A stretch of 64,000 bases of DNA. It comes from Carcharhinus amblyrhynchos. Taxonomy: Eukaryota. The notes below the pieces were generated by a model that saw only the letters and a list, made by a program, of their open reading frames with translations, made no database searches and was not told where the DNA came from. The stretch spans positions 32,240,001-32,304,000 of the forward strand of contig OZ336890.1 of the NCBI GenBank assembly GCA_965287045.1. The letters are read 5' to 3'. Positions 25,137 to 38,076 of the stretch are shown here, one piece after another; position 1 is the first letter of the stretch, and each line of letters opens with the position of its first letter. Made by a program: the position numbers and the translations under genes.

Positions 25137-25307
25137 AGTTGGAGAAAAGGCGTGAAGCAGAATTACGGGCTAAAGAAGCGAAGGAACGTGAACTGCGTAA
25201 ACGAGAGAAAATGGAGGAGAAGGAGAGGCGCAGGAAGGAGTACGATGCACAGAAATTACAGAAATTCAGCCGTCCAAAGGAGGAGAAACCTACTGGTACA
25301 TTGGAAA
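25137..25307 (+). CDS. LRRC59: LRRC59 coding exon 6 (charged coiled coil)
   Basis: [40 protein letters not shown]...; ttgcAG acceptor, GTAAGT donor; 171 nt, phase 1 at both ends. Confidence 0.95.
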
Positions 25308-25849
25308 GTAAGTGAAAGCTGGGCAAGCTGTGTAAATTCTTGCAGAATTGCAAACTACATCTTGCTCTCAATTGCATCTCCACCATGAGCGTTACACGGT
25401 GGGCAGTGAGGAGTTTCTCTTGATATAAACTCCTGAAAATTGCAATCACTTAATTATTATTTATTTTCCCCTTCCCTAATTTTGCATCATTGTTCCCTGG
25501 GCTCCTGATCATTTGTTGGATATGGTTACATGTGTAACAAACATCTCACAATAGCTGGAGCTAAGAGTGCATGTTGACAGGCTTTCAATTGTGGAAGCCT
25601 TTGATCTGTCCTGGCTGCATCCACACAGACAGGAGTCAGTAGGATGGCAAGCAGCAGTAGGAAGCCCAGTTTTTGTTGTTTGTTTCCTCCCTCCTTGCTA
25701 GCTTGTACAGCTTGCAAACTGAGTCACAGATATGAGCTTAGCTGTTGGGCTGGGCATTGCATCCTGAACATTTTGGGCATAATATGAAGAAAGATCTGAA
25801 AAGTTAGATTGTTAGCTAGAGTTAAATGACTTACGATCAAGTTTTAATG

Positions 25850-26940
25850 GTTTCAGCACAGCGGGAGGCCATTCAGTCCCTTGTGTCTGTGCTGGTTCTC
25901 TGCAGCAGCAACTCACCTGGTAAGTCCCCTTCCATGTAGCCCTGCAAGGTTTTCCTCTTCAGATAATGAGCCAAGTCTCTTCTGAAAGTCACAATTAAAT
26001 ACCGCAGATGCTGCAAATCTGAAATAAAAACAAAGTGCTGGAAATATTCAAAAGTTCTGAAGATGTGTCATGTTTGACTTGAAATGTTTCTCTCACCGTA
26101 GATACTGTCAGACTACTGATAATTTCCAGCACTTCCTGTCTATACTCGTTTTAACCTCCTCCCAGAAGAACAGTCCCATTTTTTCCAATCTATCCACATA
26201 ACCAAAACGCCTCATCTCCAGAACTGTTCTCATGAATTTGTTCTGCATCCTGATGCATTAATTTCCTCCTTAAAGTGTGGCACCTGGAACTGGACAAAAT
26301 CTCCAGTTCAGGCTGAACCAGCGTTTAATGTTGGTTTATCATAACCCTGTTGTTTTTGTAGTTTGTGCCCCTATTGATAAGTCCTTGGATACCATAAGCT
26401 TTTTCAACCTGCCTTGTAACTTTCAATGATGTAATACATCCTAAGGGCCCTTTGCTTTTGACCCCTTTAGAATTATACCCTAGGGGAATTTCATAGTAAC
26501 TTCATTGCAGTATGAATGTAAGCTTTATTTGCGACTAATAAATAAACTTTTATTACTTTTTTATTTTGCCTCCCCCCATTCCTCATGTCATATGAAACGC
26601 ATCACCCCTCCGATTCAATGTCATCTGCCACTTGTCATCACATTCTACCAGCCAGTTTATGCCCTTCTCTGAATTTTATCACTGTCCTCCTGATGGTTCA
26701 CAATATTTCTAAATTTTGCCATTGCAGATTTTAAAGTTGTTTCCTGCATATCTAGGTTATTAATATGGATGTAAAAAACAGATCGTAATACTGACCCCTG
26801 TGGAACCTCACTATGACTTCCCCAATCCAAAAAAACAACTGTTCACAACTATTCACTTTTCCTGTCACTCAGCCAATTTTGTGTCCATGCTACTGTTCTT
26901 TTATTCCATGGGTTCTAATTTGCTGACAAGATCAGATGAT
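25850..26940 (-). mobile_element. Strongly decayed CR1 with nested palindromic repeat and SINE tail
   Basis: CR1 3'-end and RT fragments on the minus strand; SINE tail at about 26481-26550. Confidence 0.55.
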
Positions 26941-28550
26941 TTTTCACTGGTCAGCAGAGGGAATGCCTTTATGCTGATCACAAAAAGAATTAAAGGAATT
27001 AAGAGAAACTTCTTTATGTGGAAGCTGGTGAGAGCATGGAATTTTCTGCTGAAACCCTCTTAAACACAATCCACAATTTATTTTGAAAAAGTAGATTTTT
27101 GAATAATAATAGATCTGAAATGGTATTGAGTGGCGTGTAGGTGAGATGGCTTGTAGCAAGGCAAACACCAGTGCAGATTTTACAGGCCATATGTCTCCAT
27201 AACAAGGGTGTAAACTGGAAAGATAAACCTCTCATTGATCACCAAAACAAAGGGAATAAATAATGTTGGTGACAGAAAGTGCTAGAACACTAACACTGGA
27301 TACCACAGCAGGCAAATGTTGGTTTAATACAGTTCAGTTTTAAATTATGCTTGTTGGAGGCTAATGTGCCTTCACTAGGGGGAATAATAAATTGGAGCAT
27401 TCTGTCCGAGAGGTACCTACTCGTCCTTGTAACTTGTTGAATCATCCTTAGCTATTTCATCAGTGATCTGCAGCAATTAACTCACTGCCTGATTACCCAA
27501 AGCCTGTTTACCATCCACAAGGTACAAGTCAGGAGTATGATGGGATAGTCTCTATTTGCCTCAATGAATGGACCTCCACCAGCATTCAAGAAGATTGACA
27601 TGAGAACAAAGTCACTAATGTTAGTGTACACTCCCTCCACTAGCGGCGTGTAACCACTATAAATATACTCACCAAACCCCCTGAGAGTACCTTCTAAACC
27701 TATGACTGCCACCATGTAGCAGGACAAGAGCAGCAGACAAATAAGATTGAAGGTTCCCCTTCAAGTCACATACCATCCTATTGTTGTTTCTCTTCCCACA
27801 TCTCATTGCATAAGGCAGACTTTTTTCTGTTCCTTTAGTAATTTTAACTGGAACCAGTCGCTAGTCTGTCGCCAGTGGCTTATAGCTTGAAGGGTGCCAC
27901 TCCACATCAAGCATGGCTGACAAAGAGTCTCTCTTACCGCCTGCCATTGGTGTGTTGGAAGGATTTGCAAGTTGATACTCGAGCTGTTGGCTATTACATG
28001 AACATATCTTACTCGGCTGTCAAGTCTTGGAGTGGGACCCGAACCCAGAGCTTCTGACTCAGAGGCACGGACGTTACCCACTGCACCACAAATCCTCCCA
28101 TCACGCCATCCTGACTAGGAACTTTATCACCATCCTTTCACCGTCATTGGATCAAAGTCCTGAAACTCCCTTCTCAACAGCATTGTGGGTACACCTACAC
28201 CACATGTCTGCAGCAGTTCAAGAGGACTCACCCACATCTTCCCAAGGGCAGTTGGGGATGGGCAATAAATGCTGGTCTTAATATGCAAAAATCACCCCAA
28301 CCCCCATTCTATGAAAGAATAAACAAAAGCCGCCGAAACTGAGCAGTCCAGTGGAGACAGGGCCAAACCGTGAAGAAAAATTGTGCTTTGTCCTTAATAC
28401 TAGATCATCGCCTGTGTGTGTTTAAGGCTGATTGCTTTGTGCTATCACAATTTTTCATGAAAGTAGTATAAATTATTAGTTTGAACAATGTTCAAGTATA
28501 CATGTGTTCATTAAATCATTTGTTTTTCTCCATTCCATAATCTCTTTTAG

Positions 28551-28792
28551 AACCAGTTTCTTCTGCCAGTCCATCAGCATCTCAAAAGGGACACTTATTT
28601 CACCAAATGCTTCTGAAGGTGCTGCTCTTCCTGCTGCTATGCACTATCATCACTGTGGTGATGTGCAGAAGAACAGACTTCCCACATGAGCAGCTGTGTA
28701 GTGCTGTGAACCATCTGTACGAAGACACACTTCATGCCCTTCGGGGAAATGAGATTCTCCAGAGGATTCGACGCAGCATCCCATTCCCATGA
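28551..28792 (+). CDS. LRRC59: LRRC59 last coding exon (transmembrane anchor and luminal tail)
   Basis: tctcttttAG acceptor; ...MLLKVLLFLLLCTIITVVMCRR...LCSAVNHLYEDTLHALRGNEILQ...TGA; spliced CDS totals 927 nt = 308 aa. Confidence 0.95.
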
Positions 28793-28916
28793 CCAACCAC
28801 CAGTTGAAGAGGCACTGAAATTCCTATGGAATTGATTAATTTGTGTGTTCTTATATAGCACATAAACCTTTAAAAGGGCCAGTATGCCATTCACTTGCCC
28901 TGCCTAAATGCTACAC

Positions 28917-28922
28917 AATAAA
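28917..28922 (+). promoter_or_regulatory. Candidate LRRC59 polyadenylation signal (second candidate at 29312-29317)
   Basis: AATAAA 125 nt after the stop, followed by T/GT-rich sequence. Confidence 0.4.
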
Positions 28923-31304
28923 AGATATTTTGCATTCGCCAGCTTTTTGTCTTCAGTTCTTGTATTGTGGTCTTTTTAAATGCTCTGATTTAAACTCCTG
29001 CTTGACTTGGTTTGATGATTTCTGTTAGACCAGATAATTTTGGTTCTAATTCTTGCTTTGTGCTGAGATGGCAGTAGGAGTTGTCATTAATCCAAGACTT
29101 GTAAAGGGGACAATGTTAGATAGGAGACTGGACACACACAATTTGACAATCCTGTTGATGAGCTCTATCGTTCTTGGATGTTGGCCCAAGACGAGAGTAA
29201 AGAAACTTTTTAAAAATCAATTCCTGTAAGACTTGTGGCTGGTACACCAAACCTTTGACCTGATTTAATTCTGTGTCTCATGTTCCAGGCTACCCTCTGA
29301 TCTCCTACCTGAATAAACTATGGAGCCACACAACTTTGTGTAAACTAGCATTTAATAATTAATTGCTAGTGCAAAACATTGCAGCAGTGTGAATCCTCAA
29401 TGAGGCTGAATTTGTTCCTGAATTGACAAGAATTGCGCAGTGTTCATTTCAGAGTTTGGAATTGGATATGAAGACCGTGAAGTTTCATCACGGTGAATGC
29501 ACGATAACTTCCCAATTATAATTTAGGAACTAAACGAGGATGTTGGGTCTGAAAAATTGGTCTTTTTTTCCAGAGAAAGATGACCCTTCATCTCTGCTAC
29601 AATGTCCTTTCCTGAGTACTCATTCCACAACTCGATTACTGTTTGGGTAAAAATATTCCATCAGCTTTTCAATTTTTAACTCATACATGCTATTTTAATC
29701 GTTTTGCATCTAATGAATGGTTACCTGAAGTAGTTTTATTTAACATCAGAGTTCAGAAATTTTTCCATGATGGGGGGAGTCCAGAACTAGGGGTCATAGT
29801 TTGAGCATAAAGGGAAACCTTTTAGAACTAAGGCAAGAAGAAATTTCTTCACTCAGAGAACACTGAATATGTGGAATTTATTACCACAGAAATTTGATTT
29901 CAAGAAGAAATTAGATTCAGCTCTTGGGACTAAAGGGGTATGGGGGGAACCAGGATATTGAAATTGATGATAATGAATAGTGAAGCAGGCTCAAAGGGCT
30001 ATATTTTTGGCTCCACCACTTGCTCAGGCAACGCAGTGCAGTCTAGATCCATGTGCTGCATGAAAAGTGTGTGTCAAGTCAGCATTGCTTCTGTGCTGAG
30101 ATTCTAAGTGTGAACAAACTTTCAAGTGTTTAAACTGAGAGGGATTATAATCAAATAAGTAATAGCACCATGCTGGTTGACAAAAGCCATCAAGGAATGC
30201 TAGGGGGCTTTAGTTCAGTTGGGCAGTACTGTCAGTGCAGGCTTGGAGGGCCTGTTCCTGTGCTGTCATTTTCTTAATCTCTCAGTATTCAAAGAACAAT
30301 GTTCAGGTTACCAAAGCTCTCATGATCAGTGCCCCATTCACCCTTCTAAACATTAACTCCCTCCACCAGTGGTACACAGTGACATCGCATCTACATGATC
30401 CCAAGAGTCTTTCAACAGCACCTTCCAAATCCTCGATTTCTACCACCTGGAAAGACAGCAGATTTGTGGGAACATCACTAATAAATTCTGCCCCAATAAA
30501 GCAACTTGCTGACTTGGAAAGAAACCACATTTCCTTCATTATCGCTGGGTCAAAATCCTGGAACTAATTCCTGAACGCAGCAGTGGGTGCAGTGTTAAGA
30601 AAGCAGATCATCTTATCATGAAGGGCAATTAGGTTTGGGTCCTGCCAGGGCCACTCTGCTCCTGATTTTATGCCTTGTCCAAACATAAACAAAAGCTGAA
30701 TTCTGGACGTAAATGAGAGTGACCCTTGATAGACAGTGGCATCAAGGAGCTCTGGCACAATTGAAGTGAGTAGGAGTCAGGGGAAACCCCCTATTGGTTA
30801 TCGTCATACAGAACAGAAAGGAATATTGTTGTGGTTGTTGAAGGCCAATCATGTCCATTCCAAGAAATTGCATTTCTTGGCCCTTGGAGTGGGGGAGGTC
30901 AGGAGTTGGGCCTTGGAATGAGGCAGGTTCGCTACAGGCATGGAAAGTTGGCGTGGGAAAGGAGGGAGTTTGGGGGCCAGGGTTTAAGTCCTGTTTGGGG
31001 GTGGTTGTCAGGGAGGGTAGTGAAAGGATTGGTATGCTGTAGGGATGTCCAATGGGGAGATAGCCAGGGTGGTGTCGGGATAGTGGGGGCGGGGGTGGGG
31101 GTGGTAGGCGGAATCCTGTGGAAGCGTCAAAGAAGATCAGGACAATAGTTACCGGGAAACTAGAAGTGGTTTAAACTGTTCTAATCTTTTCTGGATAACG
31201 AAGAACATAATCAGAACCATCTGAAATTTGCAATTTAAACCACATTTTTAGATGGGTTTCAGTGCAAGGCAATTGCCCACTGAAAGTCTCAACTCCCTAG
31301 CCAA

Positions 31305-31622
31305 TTGTTTATAGAATCTCTACAGTGCAGAAAGAAGCCATTTGGCCCATCAAGCCTGCATCAACAACACTCCTACCCATGCCCTATCGCCGTAACCCCA
31401 AGTATTTATCCTACGAATGCCCTGACACTAATGGTCAATTTAGATGGCCAATCCACACAACCCACATATCTTTGTACCGTGGGAGAAAAACAGAGCACCC
31501 AAAGGAAACCCATGCAGACATGGGGAGAACACGCAAACTCCACACAGTCACGCAAGGCTGGAACTGAACCCGGCTCACTGCTGCTGTGAGGCAGCGGTGC
31601 TAACCACTGTGCCACCATGCCA
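31305..31622 (-). mobile_element. HE1/V-SINE-like SINE
   Basis: Reverse complement begins ggcatggtggcacagtggttagcaccgctgcctcacagc and carries the V-domain and tail. Confidence 0.87.
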
Positions 31623-32890
31623 CCTCAGTGTGTGATCCTTCTCTGGGAACATCCAGCAGGGGTTGGAGACGGACTGGGATGTTCCCCAGCAGATTGTTGA
31701 AGTACCCATCCTTCCAGATACACTGCCCTGGAGCTCGGCAGTAACAGTTGTTCGTTTTTCTGGGGCTCCTTTACCACTCTCACTAACTTCTTTATTAGAC
31801 AGTGCAGTCACACCGAGGTCTTCCTCCTCTGTCAGGGACCATGCCCTCAGAAGACATTGTAAAATCATGGATACATCCATCATTGCCAAAGCACTGCAGT
31901 GGTTTGCTGCTGCCTGCTTCAATGTGACTGATCAGAAAACTCCACCTGTATCCTGACTTGCAACCGTTGCTCGACAAAATCCTGGAACTACCTCCCTGAC
32001 ACCAAGTGTTATCACATCACATTGAGGGCAGTGGTTCAAGAGGCAGTTCACCACCATATTCTCAATAGATGCTTGCCTTTCTATTGACGTTGACATCCCA
32101 AGAATATTTCAAAAACACATAAATATTACATGGTGGATATGTATTTGCAAATGAACATATATAAAAATACCTCTGGGATTCTCAGGATAATAAATGAGTA
32201 TATAGATTACTAAAACAAGGGCAAAGTTAAACCTTTTCAAATCATTGGTTGGGATGCAATAAAACAAGGCTGCCGAAATAGGGATTTATTTTATAGAAAA
32301 GGTTAAATAAAGTTAAATAGAGATCTTATACAGGGTTTCAAATATTGAGAAGTTTAAATGAGGAAGCTAAGGAAAATAATTTTCACTGGTTGGTAAGTTA
32401 ATAATTAACAGGCAAACTTTTAAGATCATCACCAAAACAACAGAAGTTAATTGATTTTTTTCAGAGCAACGTTAGGACAGGTTAGGTGCATTGACCTAAA
32501 CAGGCACTGGACTGTGGTGACTAGGGAATTTCACAGTAACTTCAATGCAGCATTAAGTAAGCCTTACTTGTGACTAATAAATAAACTTTATTTTACATGG
32601 AATTCCTCATCAGAAAGATTAAGCATTGGAAGATAAACTGGTGTGAGCATGATGTGATAAAGGTTGAAGCTTTAGTATTAACCTGTGTGGAGAAATGATA
32701 AATTGGGGATTGACAATGACATTGCCTTTTTGCAGATGGAGAGACCTTTGTTCAGATCCCTCAAGAACGATTGTCAGCAACACCTGACTTATAATTATCA
32801 GTAATGTCTCACTGGTTGGGACTTTGAACTGCACTTGGTTGGATTTTATTGAATATAGCTAAAAACAAATCCAGAGTTTTTCAAGCTATA

Positions 32891-34757
32891 ACATAAGAAC
32901 ATAAGAAATAGGAGCAGGAGTAGGCCATATAGCCCTTCGAGCGTGCCCCGCCATTCAATAAGATCATGGCTGATCTGTCGTGGCTCAGTACCACATTCCT
33001 GCCCTCTCCCCATAACCCTTAATCCCCTCGCTTGTCAAAAACCCATCAACCCGCGTCTTAAAAATATTTAGCGAGGCAGCCTCCACCACTTCAACGGGCA
33101 GAGAATTCCAGAGATTCACCACCCTTTGAGTGAAGAAGTTCCTCCTCAACTCCGTTCTAAACCACACCCCCTTTATCTTGAGGCTGTGCCCCCTAGTCCT
33201 ACTGTCCTTTCTGAGCGGGAAGAGTCTCTCCACCTCTATCCCATCCATCCCATTCATCATCTTATATGTCTCAATGAGATCTCCCCTCATTCTTCTAAAC
33301 TCTAACGAGTACAAGCCTAGTTTATTCAGCCTCTCCTCATAGCTCAACCCCCTCAACTCCGGTATCAGCCTAGTAAACCTCCTCTGCACTCCCTCCAAGG
33401 CCAAAATATCCTTGCGTAAGTGCGGCGACCAAAACTGCACACAGTACTCCAGCTGCGGCCTCACCAATGCCCTATACAGCCGCAGCAAGACCTCCCTACT
33501 TTTATATTCAATCCCCCTCGCTATGAAGGCCAGCATCCCATTAGCCTTCCTGACCACCTGCTGCACCTGCAGGCTGGGTTTTTGTGACTCATGCACAAGG
33601 ACCCCGAGGTCCCTCTGCACCGTCGTCTGCTGCAGTTTTTCGCCATGTAAGTAATAATCCTTCCTACCATTATTCCTACCAAAGTGGACCACCTCGCACT
33701 TGCCAACATTAAATTCCATTTGCCAGTTCCTGGCCCATTTGCCCAGCCTATCTAGATCCTTCTGCAGACTCTCCACACCCTCCGCACAATTTGCCGTTCC
33801 ACCAATCTTGGTGTCATCAGCAAATTTCGACACCATACACTCGGTTCCCTCCTCCAGATCATCTACATAAATGGTAAATAGCTGAGGCCCCAGCACTGAC
33901 CCCTGGGGCACTCCACGAGTCACCAACCGCCAATCCGAATAGCACCCATTAACCCCCACTCTCTGCCTCCTATTTGACAACCAATCCTCTATCCATGCTA
34001 ACACCCTACCCCCAACTCCATGCCCCCTTACCTTCTGCAATAACCTCTTGTGAGGTACCTTGTCAAACGCCTTCTGAAAATCAAGAAAGACCACATCCAC
34101 CAGCTCTCCTCTATCCACCGCCCTAGACACATCCTCATAGAACTCTAATAAATTTGTCAGACACGACTTCCCCTTAACGAAACCGTGCTGCGTCTGCTCT
34201 ATCAAGCAATTCCCCTCAAGATGCCTCGCTATTTCCTCCTTGATGACGGATTCTAACATTTTACCTACAACAGACATTAAACTAACCGGCCTATAATTCC
34301 CTGCCTTTTGCCTGCCACCCTTCTTAAACAACGGCGTAACGTTAGCCGTTTTCCAATCTTCTGGCACTTCCCCGGAATCCAGCAACATTTGGAAAATAAC
34401 CACCAAGGCATCCACTATCACCTCCGCCATTTCTTTCAGAACCCTCGGATGCATTCCATCCGGTCCTGGGGACTTGTCCACAATCAGTCCCTCCAGTCTG
34501 TCCAGCACCGCCTCTCTAGTAACAATAATGTCATTGAGACCCTCCAGTCCTACCACCTTTCCATCGCTAACACCCGGCAAATTATTCACGTCCTCCTCCG
34601 TGAAGACCGAAACAAAAAAGTTACTCAAGACCTCAGCCATTTCCCCATCCCCTACCACTAAGTCCCCCCTCTCATCCTCTAAGAGTCCAACGTTCACCCT
34701 AGCCAGCCTCTTCCTTTTTATATATTTATAAAAACTCTTGCTATCCTTTTTTATATT
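32891..34757 (-). mobile_element. Young 5'-truncated CR1 (family B) with uninterrupted RT ORF of about 590 aa
   Basis: ORF 32985-34793 has GVPQGSVLGP and KFADD with no stops; (ttcttatg) tail; the first ~12 aa of the ORF come from flank. Confidence 0.96.
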
Positions 34758-34840
34758 AAGCCCTAGTATGATACAGTAACAAAATCCCTGCAATAAATAA
34801 CCATATTTTGCAGGAATATCTAAAATCTCTCTCTGACTAT

Positions 34841-35130
34841 AGATGTAAATCTTGGCCTTTTGGCTAAGATCAATTGTAGTCTCGACATGCTGTATTTGGT
34901 TGAAGTCATTAGGTTACATTTTAACTTCATTTGAAGCAATTTTTAAAAGCGGCATCTCGGCCTTTTGGTTAAGATGCAAGCCTTGGAGGAGGTGCTATGC
35001 CTACTCCAATCAGCTTGGATCATGTAGATCAAGTCCAAGACAGGAGGTGAGAGCCCTTTCTTGTCAGCTTGGATTGGGAATGTCTCACTTACTGAGACTC
35101 TGAATTGGACTTGATTTGATTGAATTGGAT
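34841..35130 (+). mobile_element. U2 snRNA-headed short interspersed repeat, copy 1
   Basis: 34850-34880 matches U2 nt 7-37 at 29/31; second U2 stem-loop I segment at 34955-34975; body shared with 45131-45343. Confidence 0.8.
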
Positions 35131-37103
35131 AAATAAATTTTTAAAAAATCAGCCAGCAGAAGGATTGCAGCTAGGAAAAAAACCTGAAATCTCTTTACCA
35201 AACAACACAATGACTGAATCGAAGAGTCAACTACTCATCTGTAGAAGTCAAATATACTGGAACCGATCCAGGACAGCTGCAACACTCATCATCTACTCCT
35301 GGTTGGCATAACTTTTCATTTATATTTACTTACTACTGGATTCAATTCTCACTTCTAATTCATATAAATATAGATGCATGTGTTTTACTATTTCTTTTTA
35401 TTGTTTTAGTTGTTAAGAAACTTACATTGTCTTAACTCATAAGGCCTGGTTAAATTAACTTCTTTTTAAACAAAACTTTTGAGTTGGGAAAGGTACCCAA
35501 GGGAAAGGGGACCTTGTTAGATTAAACCTTTGTTGCTACCAACAGAATAAAGATATGGAACCAGTTATACCTCATCAGAAAATCACAGAACTATTACAGG
35601 ACAGAAGAAGTCTACTTGGCACATCAATTCTTCACTGGCTCACCAACCATCATAACTTAGTGCCATTCCCCTGCCTTTTCCCTATAACCCTACACATTGT
35701 TTCCATTAAAATAAATATCTACTGCCCTCCTGAATGCCTCAATTAAGTCTGCCACCGCCACAATCCCAGGAAATGCAGTCCAGACCTGAATGACTCCCTG
35801 TGTGAAAAAGTTTTTTCTCACATCACATTTGCTTCTTTTGCAAATCATTTTAAATCTGTGCCCACTCTTTCTTGATCCTTTTGCAAGCAAAAACAGTTTC
35901 TCTTTGTCTACACTGTCCATCCCCACATGATTTTGAACACCTCTACCAAATTTCCTCTTAGCCTTCTTCCCCCCAAAAGAGAACAGTTCCAACCTCTCCG
36001 ATCTATCCTTATAACTGAAGTAACTCATCCCTGGAACTATTCTTGTAAACCTGCTCTGCACTCTCACCCATGCATTCGCATCCTTCCATTTGTGTGGCAC
36101 CCAGAACTATTTGCAATTTTCCAGTTAAGATGTAACTAGTGGCTTGTATAAGTTCGGCATAACCTCTATGCCTCTATCAATAATATCCAGAATACTATAT
36201 GCTTTATTAACTGCTCACTCCACCTGTCCTGCTATGTTCAATGATATAAGAACATATACACCCAGGTCCTTCTGCTCCTGCACCCCCGTAAGAATTTTAC
36301 ATCTTACTTAAGATTGTCCCCATGTTCTTCCTACCAAAATGCATCACCTCACACCTCTCCACATTGAAATTCATCTGCCACCTATCTGTTCACTCCACCA
36401 ACAGGTCTCTGTTTTTCTGATATTCTACACTGTTCACAGTTTACACTGTTCCAAGTTTTCTGTTATTGGCAGACTTTGAAATTCTCCCCTGCACAGCAAG
36501 ATCTAGATCATTAATGTATCAGAAAAAGCAAGGGTTCCAATAGCAACCCTTGAGAACACCATTATAAACCTTTCTCTGGCCCAAATAATCCATTTAACGT
36601 TACTCTCTGCTTCCTATTCTTCAGCCAATTATGTATCCATGTTGCTACTGTACTTCTTATTCTTTTCATCCCATGAGCTAAACTTTTCTCACAAGTCTGT
36701 TGTGTGGCACTGTATCAAATGCCTTTTGAAAGTCCATGTACACCACATCATTACCTCAAAAACTCTAGCAACTTAGCTAAACATGATTTCCCCTTTAGAA
36801 ACCTATGCTGGCTCTTCCAAATCAACCCACATTTTTCAATGTGTCCACTAGTTCTATCCCAAATAATTGTTTCTACAAGCTTATCCATCACTGATATTAA
36901 ACTGACTAGACTGTAATTGCTGGGGTTATCCTTACAATATTTTTTGACCAAGGGCATAACATTTGCAATTCTCCAGTCCTCTGGCACCTCCCCTAAGTCT
37001 AAAGACTGGAAGACTATGGCCAGTGCCCCAACAATTTCTATTCTCACTTCTTTCAATATCTTTGGGTGCATCTCAGCTGGTCCCTGTGCCTTGTCAACTT
37101 TAA

Positions 37104-38076
37104 TGTGGAGATGCTGGCGTTGGACTGGAGTGGGCACAGTAAGTCTCACAACACTAAACACGGGATATGACCAGAGTACCCTTTGTTGTCCAGTAGTTTT
37201 CTGGAGCAGAGAAGCTACATCTTCTTTGGATCCTTCAACATGTCATCGCTGAAGATGAACATCTCGCCACAGCCATTTCCATAACCCTACTACCTGCCTT
37301 CAAACAACTATACAACCTCAAACAGACCATTGTTCGCAGCAAACTACCCAGCTTTCAGGACCACAATGCCACACAACCCTGCTACAGCAACCTCTGCAAG
37401 ATGTGCCAGATCATAGACACAGATGCCATCAACTCAGGTGAGAACACCATCCACCAGGTACGCGGTACATACTCATGAGACTTGGCCAACATTATCTTCC
37501 TCTTTCAGTGCAGGAAAGGATGTCCAGAGGCGTGGTACCTCAGCGAGACCATATCGATGCCAAGACAATGGATGAACGAACGCCACTCAACAATCAACAG
37601 ACAGGAGTGTTCCCTTCCTGTCGGGGAACAATTCAGCAGTCAAGGACATTCAGCCTCCAATTTTCAAATAAACATTCTCCAAGGGGCCTTCAAGTCACAT
37701 GACAACGCAGAATCACCAAGTCCGCACACAAGAGGACTGCCTTAACCGGGATCTTGGGTTCATGTCACATTACGTGTAATTGCCATCATTTGGCCTGGGC
37801 TTGCAAAATCCTACAAACTGTTCTGGCTTGAGACAATTCACATCTCTTTAACCTGTGCTTAATCCTCTCTCCATTCGCATTGTCTGTACCTGTAAAGACT
37901 TAGTTACCTGCAAAGACTCGCATCCCAACCATTACCTTGCAATTGCGTCTTTGTCTATACATGCCCTGTTTGTGAAACCAACTCTCCACTCACCTGATGA
38001 AGGAGCAGTGCTTTGAAAGCTCATGATACCAAATAAACCTGTTGCACTATAACCTGGTGTTGAGAGAAGTTTACCG
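37104..38076 (+). mobile_element. Truncated Penelope-like element with a 13-bp target-site duplication
   Basis: GIY-YIG remnant (CRKGCPEAWY), terminal repeat, short inverted left end; ttgtcaactttaa at 37091-37103 and 38077-38089. Confidence 0.9.
37994..38022 (+). ncRNA. Minimal hammerhead ribozyme motif in a Penelope repeat
   Basis: CUGAUGA-a-ggagc agu gcuuu-GAAA-GCUC. Confidence 0.6.

Noticed and set aside
34850-34880. Functional U2 snRNA gene
   Set aside because: Similarity covers only U2 nt 7-37; the Sm site and 3' stem-loops are absent.
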